DNA of 64,000 nt from Octopus sinensis (lineage: Eukaryota), in the NCBI RefSeq assembly GCF_006345805.1, contig NC_042998.1, positions 202,988,001 through 203,052,000 on the forward strand, in the 5' to 3' direction. The notes beneath the pieces were generated by a model that was not told where the DNA came from, did not search any database, and was given only the letters and a program-made list of their open reading frames with translations. The stretch's first letter is position 1. The number at the start of each line of letters is the position of its first letter. The position numbers were made by a program, and so were the translations under genes. Of the stretch, positions 52,380 to 64,000 are shown one piece after another.

Positions 52380-53063
52380 ATGCACATACACACATATAAA
52401 TACTTAGATATAGTTACATTATGTTATTATATTCTTTCATACTATATTATATAATATATCATATATTATATTATATTATATTATATTATATATTATATTA
52501 TATCATATTATATCATATTATATTATATAATATTTTATTATATTGCATTTCATTATAATATGTGATCGTCAGTGTAAATTTATATCATTAAGTTAATTAA
52601 GAACATGATAATTTTCAGATGATCATGGCCATATGAAATGATAAGATTAAAAGGAGTTTCATAACTACAAGAACGAAGAGAAATTAGTAAATAGTTGTGA
52701 TAACTATGGGAATTGAAAGGCAATCAAAAGCAATGTTTATCTAATTCTATATAATATTAATTAACTAAATGGAATATTTAAAATAGTTTTATTAAATTGG
52801 TGTGAACAACAAATCAACAGCTTGATACGTTAATTAATAAGTCCGAACTTGCAGCTCAGAATTTCTAATGCCACCATACAACATATATTGCAATTACTCC
52901 ACTCTCTTTATAAATAATTTCTGTGCCTACAATCAACCACGAAATGGAGCATTTAATATTTCTATTTTTAAGATTCCAATAAATTTTACAAATGGCGTTT
53001 TATGTAATTTGCAGTGTTACAAGAATGTATGTAATTCTTGCATCTGAATCTGAATTTTGACGT

Positions 53064-53418
53064 TGTAGCACCGAGGAGGAATTTCAACCGTGTTTCGTGG
53101 TCTACTACCACAACAGCACCTTTATAGGATCCAGTTAGCTCAAGACATCATCTACTGTTTTGACGTGGCAGGGCCCCATCCTTTCGGAGGTGCCTTCTGC
53201 TCTGGTATTGAGTGCATGTCTTCTTTCTTCTGTTCACTGGCCTCTTCAGTGTAGTGTCAACGAGTGTCATCGGGCGACTGACTGACTTGTCAAATTTTTA
53301 CCCTTTAAATACCTGCTGCTAGGCTCCAGCAGGCAGCCCCAGCAAGTTGTCACGTGACACTGTCTCAACTTTAACTGATCAATGAAGGCGCGTAGTCTCT
53401 ACCCACACATTCCCTAAA
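53064..53418 (-). repeat. LTR-like dispersed repeat (copy 2)
   Basis: Reverse complement of 33189-33550; sense end ...GGTGCTACA. Confidence 0.55.
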
Positions 53419-53900
53419 CGATACCGTCATCTGTCAATCAGCGAAGCTAATTCAGTGTAAGCTTGTCTCGCCTCGTGATTTTATCTTCCGCCGGCATGTT
53501 ATGACTTTCAAGCCATTTTTGGTCTTCTCGCTTCAGCCATATATAGCTGATTATGTTCTTAATCAGGTGTTTGGACGGAACATTTATGTATCAAATTTGT
53601 TTTGGAATCACTGGTTACTTAAAGGACATTTATCAATCCCTACTGTTACACGTTCCATTACGTTTGTTAGCCACTGAAATATCCTTAATTGTATCATTAC
53701 TGAAGCTTTTGTCAGGTGGTGTCACAGCATCAGTAGTAATAGTTAGAGCAGATGAGTACCCTCTAAATAACTTGTTGTTTGAACTCTGAAACTTAAGCTT
53801 CAAGTCGAATTGAAAATGGAAAATTTGACGGAGAGAGAAAAAATGTTTAGGAAAACAATAAAACACATTACTGTTTCTGGAATATATACTAAAGAAAGTA

Positions 53901-55181
53901 TTTGGTCGTTCCGAAAATAATGGCTGCTCTAAGTGTTGTGTTTTGAAACGCAATTTTATCATAGTATTTTATTTATATTTTAGGTGAATTTCGACATACG
54001 TAATAAATGATGCTCTTTAATAATTTTCTACTTATTTCAGGCAGAAAACATTCTTGAATTATAGGTGTCCTTACTTATGAACATCACAAAAAAGGAGCTT
54101 CACTTACTTTTCTTGCATGAGTTCAAGCTTGGGCACAATTCCTCCCAAACTGCTTCCAATATCAACAGAGCATGGGGAGAGGGATCCACAAGTTATTGCA
54201 CAGTACAAAGGTGGTTTCAGAAATTCCATAGTAGTGATGGGAGCCTTGAAGATGAAGAAGGTAGAGGACGGTTATGCAGTTTTGACAATGAACAATTGAA
54301 AGCAATTGTTGAACAAAACCCACGTCAAAATGTCAGAGAAACGTTTCAAGTACTTGGTGTCGGTATTGCAACGGTTTCACGCAACCTGCAGAAGATTGGT
54401 AAGGTGAAAAAGTTCGATAAATGGGTACCGCATGAGCTCAATGAAAATCAAAATGTTCAGCGTTTTTAAGTGTCCTCAATGCTCTATCTGCGAAATACCA
54501 ATGATCCTTTTCTTGACTGAATAGTCACCTGTGACGAAAAGTGGATCCTTTATGATAACCGTAAATGATCAGGTCAATAGCTTGATCGTGATGAGTCCCA
54601 CCAAACATTTCCCAAAGCCAAAGTTGCATCAGCAAAAGATTATGGTGACTGTCTGGTGGTCTGCAATTGGAGTTGTCCATTACAGCTTTCTGGAAGCCAA
54701 TCAGAGCATTACAGCAGAGATTTACTGCAATCAACTCGCTGAAATGCATGTTCACTTGTAAAAAATGGGACCTGCATTGGTGAATCGGCGTCGCCCAATT
54801 CTACTCCACGATAATGTAAAGCCACATTTTACAAGAATGACGCTGCAGAAACTCACAGACTTGGAATACGAGACTTTACCATTTCCTCCATACTCTCCTG
54901 ATCTTTCACCCACTAGCAACCATTTTTTTAAAGCATTTAAACACGTTTTTTAAGTGATAAAATTTTCAGGTCTAAACCAGAGATGGAATCAGCTTGCAAA
55001 GATTTCTTAGCATCAAAGCCAATAAGTTTTTATCAACGAGGCATAAATAATCTCGTTGATCGATGGCAGAGATGCATAGATGTTCACGGCTCATGCTTTG
55101 ATGAATCAAAACATTTCTATTGTTAATTTTTCCAGAATAAAATTGATTCTGAAATCGGTCATTATTTTCGGAACGACCTAA
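53901..55181 (+). mobile_element. Full-length (1281 bp) dead mariner, Hsmar1/cecropia-like
   Basis: TIR TT(T/A)GGTCGTTCCGAAAATAATG at both ends with TA duplication; WVPHEL, IVTCDEKW, LLHDN and YSPDLSP motifs; several stops and shifts. Confidence 0.95.
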
Positions 55182-56544
55182 TAAATTCCAGGAATGTCGA
55201 ATAACAATCGAAACATCGATTAAATGCATAGCATTCAATGCTTTCAAGCGAATATCAAAGCTGTTTTGGTATCAAATAAATTATCTGAAATTAAACCAAG
55301 TTATGTAGGAAAATCATAATATAAATGAACGATGAATAATTTAGGAGAAACTTGAGTTGCTAACGGCACCGATATATGCTTCTTGGTAACAATGGAACAT
55401 TGGCAAACTTGAAAATACTTTATCTAAAAGCAGCACATGATCCCACCTAAACTCTGCTGTTGATTGCACCACAAGCCATGAATTTTCCTTCGATAGTACC
55501 AGAAAACATGAAAGTGAATAATGCTCATTCTGTCTCGAAAAGTATACCGTCTACAAAATATTGTATTCTTCAGCTAACATAGTATGCGTAGTATAAAAGA
55601 TAGATTTTGCTATACGAAAACTCGTCATAATTTATCACAAGTTGGTTATTTTATCTCACTTATCTGCTTGCATGCAGCGAATATTTTCACAACTAAATTG
55701 TACAAAAAAAAGAATAATGAAATGAAGATGAAGTTCACCAATAAGTTAAAAGTAAATTAATAGACTTTTTGCGAAAGAGGTAATTACAGAAAACAGTGGA
55801 AGGCATTCTCATCTAAGATATACAAATAAAATAATGGAATGCGAAAAAGGTGACAGGAAACTAATAACTGCCTTAAGAAGATGAAACTTAGGTAATTGGC
55901 TGTCTGAGCAGGCCGCCTCTGTTGCTTGAGAAGTATTAAATAAATTATTGTTTTTCTTCTTTTTTTCTTTTTTTTTTATATTTCTTTTCGACGCATCTTG
56001 ATCGTTTAAATTATTTCCCGGCTTATTCTTATTTTAGTTTCTCATAAATAAAACAATGTTATCAAAAATATTTTGCAAGAAAAGAATTAGAAATTAACTT
56101 TTGAGCAGAAAGAGAAAATGGAAGTTAATAACAGAATATTTTGACCGTGTGAGCTTATTACTAACATTAAATGAATCTGATTTCAAAGAAAAAATTTTTC
56201 AGAATAATATCCTTGATTTAATATAATTATTTACTTCATTTCATACAATTTTCCCTAGAACTTCTAGAAAAAGAAAATTAAAGGAAATGCTTAAAGATTG
56301 GTGATTAATTGGAGCTTTCATTACAAAAGAAATCACTCGATAAATACAGCTGGCTGCACAGTAGTTGATATAAAGTCCAACGTTCAATGACGGAATATTC
56401 AGTTTTTGACGATTTAAAATTACTCATTGTGGGTACGTAGTAAAGACTTTATGGGTGATCTGAAAAGACTCTTCAGTATGATGTTTTACATGAAAACGGA
56501 AATAAATGAAAATACATCTATATTATAGATATATTTTAGATTCT

Positions 56545-56863
56545 GTGAAGGCGCATGGCTCAGTGGTTAGAGAGTCGAGCTTACGATCGTGAAGTTGTGA
56601 GTTCGAATCCTGGACCGGGCTGCGTGTTGTGTTCTTGAGCAAAACACTTTATTCCACGTTGTTCCAGTTCACTCAGCTGTAGAAATGAGTTGCGGCGTCA
56701 CAGGTGCCAAGCTGTATCGGCCCTTGCCTTTCCCGTGGAGAGGGAGGGCCGGTATACATGGGCGACTGCTGGTCTTCCATAAACAACTTTGCCCAGACTT
56801 GTGCCTGGGAGGGTAACTTTCTAGGTGCAATCTCACGGTCAGTCATGACCGAAGGGGAATCTC
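56545..56863 (+). mobile_element. tRNA-headed SINE family D (CORE-like)
   Basis: GGCGCATGGCTCAGTGGTTAGA...GAGTTCGAATCC head, then GTGTTCTTGAGCAAAACACTT...CAGCTGTAGAAATGAG core-like block. Confidence 0.75.
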
Positions 56864-57344
56864 AATTATAGATTCTAAAATGCTAAGGGATAAAGAAAAT
56901 TGTGTCCCTCGAATTGTTGAAATAAATGAAACCAAATTTTTAACAGAAAATAAAACTGCTTTTAGTGGACAGACAGTAGATATTTAATGATAATGAACAC
57001 AACACCAAAACCTGTATTCTGGTGCCGGTTGAAAGAAGAGAAGGATCAATATTAGAGAATCTTATCAATAGACGGCTCGAATAGAATTATAAGTGACCAA
57101 TGGAAAATCTCATGTTTTAAATATGGATGAGAATATTTATTCTGAAGAGGTCAATCATAGTTTGCATCTTATACCACACTCAGGAAATCGAAAATCTCTG
57201 GCATCATGTTATAAGGAAACTAAATACCATATGTTACATCAAACCAACGCCTCAATGGATATCTTTTTGAATTTAGGTACAAAATGCAAATTTCTGATAA
57301 AAGAACATTGATTAATGATTAATTTTTATTAATAAGAAATTTCT

Positions 57345-57807
57345 TGTTTCTTTACTGCCCACAAGGGGCTACACACAGAGGGGACAAACAAGGACAGACA
57401 AACGGATTAAGTCGATTATATTGTCCAGGAAGTGCTAAAGTGGTGCCATACAGGAGCTCAGCGGAGGGTAGCCTAAATCCTCTTTGACAGCTGAGTGGCA
57501 ACCCAGCAGAACAATGGGGACAAACTCGGACCAACAATGAAGGTCAGGAGTCGTGCGAAAAGTGGCTTTGTGCTGGCAGTGGAATCGTTTCACCATACCG
57601 TTCGCGGCGGGATGGTAACTTGTGATGTGGATGTGCTGAACTCCGAGCGTAACTCCGTGCGTAACTGGTACTTATTTAATAGGCCCCAAAAGGATGAAAG
57701 GCAAAGTCGACCTCGGCGGAATTTGAACTCAGAACGTAACGGCAAATGAAATACCGCTAAGCATTTCGCCCGGCGTGCTAACGTTTCTGCCAGCTCAGCG
57801 CCTTGGA
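57345..57807 (-). mobile_element. SINE family A carrying a 236-bp Gypsy integrase-derived insert
   Basis: 17-bp TSD ATTAATAAGAAATTTCT (57328-57344, 57808-57824); 57421-57656 is an inverted copy of 58512-58747. Confidence 0.9.
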
Positions 57808-58045
57808 ATTAATAAGAAATTTCTATCAATAAAATTTCATCGTCTTCCCTGATTGTCTACTTAAAAGCACTTTAAGCTGGAACCTTTTCTTTATTTACAA
57901 GTAAATATTGTATTTATAAAAAAAATTTGTACTTACTGATTCACGATTTCATACAAGCGAAATTTTAGTGATACACAGCTATCATGTTTTATTTGAGTTG
58001 CTTGACATATAATCTTGAAGCCATTTTGTTTCTACCCGGTCACCA

Positions 58046-59250
58046 TGACCCCTCGTTCCTGAATATCACGGCCGTGCTGTTTTTGAAGCACTGCATTCGC
58101 TGTCATACCCCGGTATTGCGGCCACAGTAAAGCTTACCTCGGCCCGCTTTTTCTGGCCGAATATGCGTCGGTCTATTACTGCTTGGTCACGTGCCTGTCT
58201 ACCATGTCAGCATTCCAAGGTGCCCCGTCACGTGAGAGCACCTCTTTGGCATTTCCAGTCACCAGACACCAGGTTCCGTCACATACACATCGACCTGGTT
58301 GGTCCTTGGCCGGTCAGTTGCGGATTTATTTATATATTGACCTGCATCGACCGCTTCTCCAGTTGGCCTGAAGCCATCCCTCTCTTAGACATTTCCACAG
58401 AAACAGTCGCCAGAGCACTCATCTCCGGGTGGATATCTCGCTTCGGAGTACTCTCTAAAATTACTACTCATCGTGGACGCCAATTTGAAGCTTGACTGTT
58501 CCGTAAGCTTTGGAGATTGCTCGGAGTTCAGCACATCCAAACCACAAGTTACCATCCCGCCGCGAATGGTATGGTGGAACGATTCCACCGCCAGCTCAAA
58601 GCCGCTATTCGCACGGCTCCTGACCCTCATCGTTGGTCCGAGTTTGTCCCCATTGTTCTGCTGGGTTGCCACTCAGCTGTCAAAGAGGCTTTAGGCTACT
58701 CCTCCGCTGAGCTCCTGTATGGCACCACTTTAGCACTTCCTGGACAAATGTTGACGCCGGTTACTTACCGAACACGGACCTCACATCTTACGTCACACGA
58801 CTCAAGTCGTTCTTTGCTGACCTAACCACCGATTCTTCCTCGTAGCCAGTCCATTTCTTCTGCAGCTCCTCCGGATATTTCTACTTGGACTCACGTGTTT
58901 GTAAGAAATGATGCCGTCAAGGGACCGCTCACACCTCCCTACACTGGACCCTGTCCCGTTCTTAGAAGCACACCGAAACTGTTCAGTGTGGACGTTCACG
59001 GAAAAAAAGCGACTGTCTCTTTAGACAGAGTAAAAAAAAAGCCTTTTCCGAAACATTTATGCCACTTGCGGACACACCCATCATTCCACAAAGACTTCCA
59101 CCCTCACCTCCATAAACACCACCTCCATTCACCAAAACATCAACTACACAAACGCATTCTTCACCTTACAGGACACCTTCTGAAAGATCGGTTCATTGGC
59201 CGAAGAAATTGTCTCAGACTATTTACATTTCTTAACTGCTTCGCCAGGGA
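58046..59250 (+). pseudogene. Gypsy integrase relic (CsRN1/Boudicca-like)
   Basis: Zn-finger ...[51 protein letters not shown] and GPLTPPYTGP; frameshifts and stops. Confidence 0.9.
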
Positions 59251-59251
59251 C

Positions 59252-59648
59252 TGTTCCGAAAAATAGACTTCTGTTGTTATAGACACCGCATTCATATTTT
59301 CTCTTTTTCTGTATCATTGTACATATATGCTTTGTTCTATTTGATTATACACCTCTCTTTGCTGAACGTTTTCCTTGTACATACTTGCATCGTACTTTTT
59401 TCAGTTGTTCATACAGCTGTTTTGCCATGGTTCATTCTTCTGTGCCCTCCTAGCGCATACCTACTCCGCCTACAATAACACTACTCTTAATCGACCCTTC
59501 CGGTCTGAGGGCGAGGGCCTCTGTAGGCGCAGTTACCTCCTTTGACAGCGAGTTTAAATAAGCTCGCTAGATGGCGCTAGAGAGTGAGATTCTTACGACT
59601 TTCTCTTTTCTCGCGAAGACGTGATCTAGTCGGCTCTCTGACACCACA
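59252..59648 (+). mobile_element. Possible 3' LTR of the Gypsy element
   Basis: TGT start after a decayed purine tract; ...CACCACA end. No second copy in the window to confirm. Confidence 0.35.
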
Positions 59649-59735
59649 CGCCAGCTAACAGACAGGGGGTAACGCACAGGAGAAGATCATGGCCTCCGCA
59701 CATCAACCATTTCCATTTGTCATTCAGCTTGTATA

Positions 59736-59908
59736 TAGGCGCAGGAGTGGCTGTGTGGTAAGTAGCTTGCTAACCAACCACATGGTTCCGGGTTCAGCCC
59801 CAATGCCTGGCATCTTGGGCAAGTGTCTTCTGCTATAGCCCCGGACCGACCAATGCCTTGTGAGTGGATTTGGTAGACGGAAACTGAAAGAAGCCTGTCG
59901 TATATATG

Positions 59909-59939
<31 letters not shown>

Positions 59940-60155
59940 TTGTGTGTCTGTGTTTGTCCCCCTAGCATTGCTTAACGACCGATGATGGTGTGTTTACGTC
60001 CCCGTCACTTAGCGGTTCGGCAAAAGAGACCGATAGAATAAGTACTGGGCTTACAAAGAATAAGTCCCGGGGTCGATTTGCTCGACTAAAGGCGGTGCTC
60101 CAGCATGGCCGCAGTCAAATGACTGAAACAAGTAAAAGAGAAAAGAGAGAAAGAG
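59736..60155 (+). mobile_element. SINE family B
   Basis: Full structure starting TAGGCGCAGGAGTGGCTGTGTGG. Confidence 0.9.
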
Positions 60156-60935
60156 ATATATACGTGTGGCCGGCATTAAAGACATTTAAAGTTACAGCCG
60201 TATTTCATATATATTCTTTATACCGTGTTCCTGTCAAATGATATTACAGCCTTCTGTAGAGAGCCATATTTAAATGGCTCCACAACCATGACACAAACAA
60301 CCCACTCTTCCATCTAAAAATTTATTGTCGAACATAAGACAAACCGTGTTGGCCTTTTATGCTTAACAACAGCAATAACTACAGACTGAGATACTGTTGG
60401 TACGACAACACGCGATTGGCCCAACATATCTGGAGACAATTGTACTATTTTCGTAACGACAAAGGTCCCTGGTCATCTGTCTTAGCTGTCTTCCTGGATC
60501 GTCTGGCTGTAAGAATGTGCGCCGAACGGTTTTTACAGGGAACTGGAAGCCACATTCTAGAGTGTTCCAGAAAAATCCTGACCACGCCATCGCTTCACGC
60601 TGATTGATCGGTAAATAGATAGATCTCGTGAAACTATAATGGCTTGCTCGTGATAACTGATCGAGTATCTAGGGATTCGGTTTCAAATCACCGCTGCATC
60701 GCCCACTTTTAGGGAGTGGGTGTTTTTCTCCTTGTTTTTGTAGATCTTTACTCTTCTAAACTACTGCAGCGCAACTGTGAATGAATCGCTTGGAGGACTT
60801 AAAGCAGGGAGTTTTTGTAATGCCGGGAACCTGGAGGAACAAGCCGAAGACGATGTTTCTGGGTCACCCGCTGAGATATTCCATTTTTCTGAATCTGCGA
60901 TTTCAGTTTGCGTTGTTAAGAAACCCGACAACATA

Positions 60936-61312
60936 CACTACCGTCAGAAATTAATTAGCACCCTTGATTTGCTCTTCACTCAAGGTATGTGCTGTCACCT
61001 AGTGGCCATATCTCGAACTATTGCTTTGTTGCGAGTTCACTGTTGCGCAGAACGATGACGTAACTTTGTTTGCAGAGCAGTTTGAGAGTCTACAGCCTTA
61101 TGATGTTGACATAGCAGTGCAACAAATTGGAGTGCGGATGCAGACAAATCTTCCTTTGTTTAATAGATATAGGTAGCGCCTCGCAAGGACCGAAATCACA
61201 CCATACTAAGTTTTCTCATCGCGTAAGACGTTTTGAACAGCTCATAGGTTAATTGATTTAACCTATTTAATGTAGAAATTTGAGAAGTGCTAATTAATTT
61301 CTGACGCAAGTG
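60936..61312 (+). mobile_element. Tc1/mariner-type MITE, 377 bp, complete
   Basis: 25-bp TIR CACTACCGTCAGAAATTAATTAGCA / TGCTAATTAATTTCTGACGCAAGTG flanked by TA on both sides. Confidence 0.9.
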
Positions 61313-61372
61313 TATATGTGTATGATAAAAGCATTGACTTGCTTCTTAATTAATGAAAGTATGGTATTTTAA

Positions 61373-61602
61373 CTGGGTGAAAGCCTCCATCAGCCGGACT
61401 TCTATTTTTTCTGTGCTCAACTGGTCCTTCTCTTCCATTTCCAGGTATGGCGCCAACGCTGATCTATCAAGGTAAAACTCGCTAGATCATCTATAGCTTG
61501 GAGTCTTGCCACCAACTTAATTTTTGGCAGCCAAGTGGGCACATCTCCCTCGCCACAAAATGGCCTAACCGTCTCATTCGAAACACGGACCATACCCATC
61601 AT
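61373..61602 (-). pseudogene. Gypsy gag N-terminal fragment
   Basis: VRPFCGEGDVPTWLPKIKLVARLQAIDDLASF, then after a shift ALAPYLEMEEKDQLSTEKIEVRLMEAFT; lies directly downstream of a PBS. Confidence 0.7.
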
Positions 61603-61620
61603 TTATTTTTCTCGTTTGAA

Positions 61621-61651
61621 GTCCCTGGTTCATTCCCGGGTTTCGGCACCT
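61621..61651 (-). other. Primer-binding site complementary to the tRNA-Phe 3' end, extended to ~31 nt
   Basis: Plus strand GTCCCTGGTTCATTCCCGGGTTTCGGCACCT versus eukaryotic tRNA-Phe(GAA) GTCCCTGGTTCGATCCCGGGTTTCGGCACCA (recalled sequence): 28/31. Confidence 0.8.
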
Positions 61652-61944
61652 GTGTTCGGTGATGCAGGGGCGCTATGTGCTGTGAGTTCGCGACAGGAGA
61701 GTGCCGGTCCGCAAGCCATCAGCTGCCGGTACGCGACGAGTTTCCAGTAAAGAAACATTATAAAATGCTTATGTAATATTGTATTATTTGTTTACAAAAT
61801 AAATATAAGATTTAAAAAGTTGTCAACTTTTATTATATTCATTATATATTATTGTTTCCGGTATAAATTAATATTACTAAGAAATATTGCCGGTTCCTGA
61901 TACATTGAAAAAAAAACTGCCAGTACACCACATCAATCCGATAC

Positions 61945-63230
61945 GGATCTTTTCAGTTTGAAGGCCAGATTTTCCTAGTTAACTAAACAATTTGAAACTT
62001 CGTATACTGGTAGAATGTGTCAAAAGAAAACATAATTGTAAACCAAAATGAAAACGGAATTGTAATTTCTAAGTTTAACGTTGTTTAATAATTCGAATTT
62101 TAACCAATGATATTCTTTCTTTCGACTTCATATCATTTACTGCCTCTCAAAATATTGTTACTGTGCCGTAAACAGTTATTTTGTGACGTAGTTAACGTAA
62201 ACATGTAAATAGCTGAAATGTAAACATCCGCTTATCGTAACTAAACACTTTCAAACTTCGTGGAGTATATATAAAATTTGTGTAGATCCTAAATAGCTAA
62301 ATTCTTTTTGAAAGTCTTAGTATATATAAAATGAGTGTTTAAATTATTTTCCATTGTTTGCATTGCTTACACACACACACATACTAAAATTACATCGTTG
62401 GAGCAGTAATTTATTTATGTATTTTTTGTTATACAATTTATTTGGATCTTTTCATTTTGAAGAACCCCTTTCTTATAAAATAGTTGAAGAATCTGGGGTG
62501 TAGGAATTGGGCCAGTATTGGAACTTTTAACTTCTTGCTCTCTATCTTATGATCTCCGAAATTTAAGAATCTTGTGTTAACTGGGCTCTTATTATTTACT
62601 CTGACTCTGCCACCACCTTAATGTAAAGACTATCAATATCAGAATCATCTTCACAACCACCACTACAACCATTACTACAACACCCAATGCCACCACCACA
62701 ACCATCTTCTGCAACCACAACCCCAAGATCAATACCAGCATCATATTCAAAATCACCAATTTCACCACCACTACACTCTGCAATGTCTTCAACACTACCA
62801 TCCATGAGACATCCTAACATAATCAATGCTACTACTACTATCATCATCATCATCATCATCCACTGCCGCCACCACCACCTCCACCTCTACAAAAACACCA
62901 ACACTATAATTGCTGCCATCATACACATCCACTGTCACCACTTCACCACCACCACCACTGCCATGATAACCACATCTACCACAGCTGTTTGCTTACTGCT
63001 TACTGCTTACCTACGTCACTGTAACACTATGCAGCTAATAATTTCAAATGAAAACAGACGATACGATTGGTTAAAATTCGCAGATTTAAACTACCTTTAA
63101 ACTTATAAAATACATTTTTGTCAAAAAAACTAGTTGAAATTAATGTTTTCTTTTGACACATTCTACCAGTATACGAAGTTTCAAATTATTTAGTTAACTA
63201 GAAAATCTGGCCTTCAAACTGAAAAGATCC
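61945..63230. repeat. 93-bp inverted repeat pair bracketing ~1.1 kb
   Basis: 61945-62037 is the near-exact reverse complement of 63138-63230; the right arm truncates the Gypsy pol ORF. Confidence 0.85.
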
Positions 63231-64000
63231 ATCTTTGCAGTCTGGCTGGTGCTTTCATGAGGTTTTTTCTATGTATTTGTTCTAGCGGGCGATGGTCTGT
63301 TTCACTATTGAAATGTCTTCCATACAGATATGTATGGAACATTTCACATCCATATACTACTGCCAGGAGTTCCCTTTCAATATTTGCGTACCTTGTCTCT
63401 GTGGGTGAGAGAGCTTTCGAGGCATATGCAATGGGTTTACCTTCCTGTAACACTGCTGCACCAACTCCTCTCATAGAAGCATCGACTTGGAGTGTTACTG
63501 GTTTGCGTCTGTCATAGTATTGCAGAGTTGTCTCCTTACTGATGAGCTTTTTGATTGCTTTGAAATCCTGTGTGTGTGAAGCACACCAATCAAACTCTAC
63601 GTCATCTTTGTTTAGTTCTCGGAGATTTGCAGTGTGATCGGCCAGCTTGGGTATGAAGGCTCCCATGTAGTTAATGAGTCTCAGGAAGCTCCTGAGTTCC
63701 TTCTTGTCTTTAGGTTCTTTAATGTCTCTGATGGCTTCCACTTTAGCGGGGTCTGGTTTAACTCCCTCTGCAGAGTATATAATTCCAAAGAATTTGCACT
63801 CCTTTGCTTTTATCACACACTTGTCTGCATTGAGTTTGATGCCTGCTTGTCGGGTTTTCTCCATAGCTTCATGTAAATTGAAGTCATGTGTGGTCTCATC
63901 CTTGCCATGCACTTGGATGTCATCTGCTATTCCAATTGCTCCCTTGCAGCCTTGGTAGGTCTCATCTATTTGGCGCTGGAAAACATCTTGGCTCACCTTC
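63231..64000 (-). pseudogene. Gypsy pol fragment, RT C-half plus RNase H (open frame, runs off the window)
   Basis: SQDVFQR...GIADDI...GIKLNADKC, VTLQVDASMRGVGA, PIAYASKALSPTETRYANIERELLAVVYG and TDHRPL. Confidence 0.95.

Noticed and set aside
60744-60935. Strong plus-strand acceptor with an open frame
   Set aside because: No donor before the MITE, no recognisable product and no partner exon.
62596-62859. Cys/Gly-rich ORF with a hydrophobic start (GCGGGIGCCSNGCSGGC)
   Set aside because: It lies in degenerate (GGT/GAT/TGT)n triplets like 9430-9680, with no promoter or splice support.

Overview
AT-rich, extremely repeat-dense animal genomic DNA, almost certainly an octopus: it has typical cephalopod tRNA-headed SINEs, huge (TATG)n/(TA)n/(TAA)n microsatellites and TTAGGG-type repeats. 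The species call is pattern recognition, not a search. Most ORF-track entries are microsatellite or SINE artefacts. Supported content: four SINE families (many with clear target-site duplications, several as head-to-tail multimers); LINE remnants (a near-intact R4/Dong-type element, RTE, CR1); a Penelope-like element (PLE) remnant with a GIY-YIG endonuclease; two mariners; hAT and Tc1-type MITEs; a HINE-like Helitron derivative; and Gypsy gag/PBS, RT-RNase H and integrase fragments. One convincing host-gene start (TATA box, signal peptide, GT donor at 27080-27193) has two candidate downstream exons, and a CpG-rich minus-strand candidate exon lies at ~36 kb. The most interesting signal is a set of ~190-210 bp non-coding elements embedded in (TA)n tracts that carry minimal type I hammerhead ribozymes. 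Two lie in tandem 203 nt apart, and one copy begins at the predicted cleavage site. The PLE remnant ends in a degenerate hammerhead, so together these suggest a PLE-driven, retrozyme-like system. No prokaryotic features, CRISPR arrays, rRNA or complete tRNA genes were seen.
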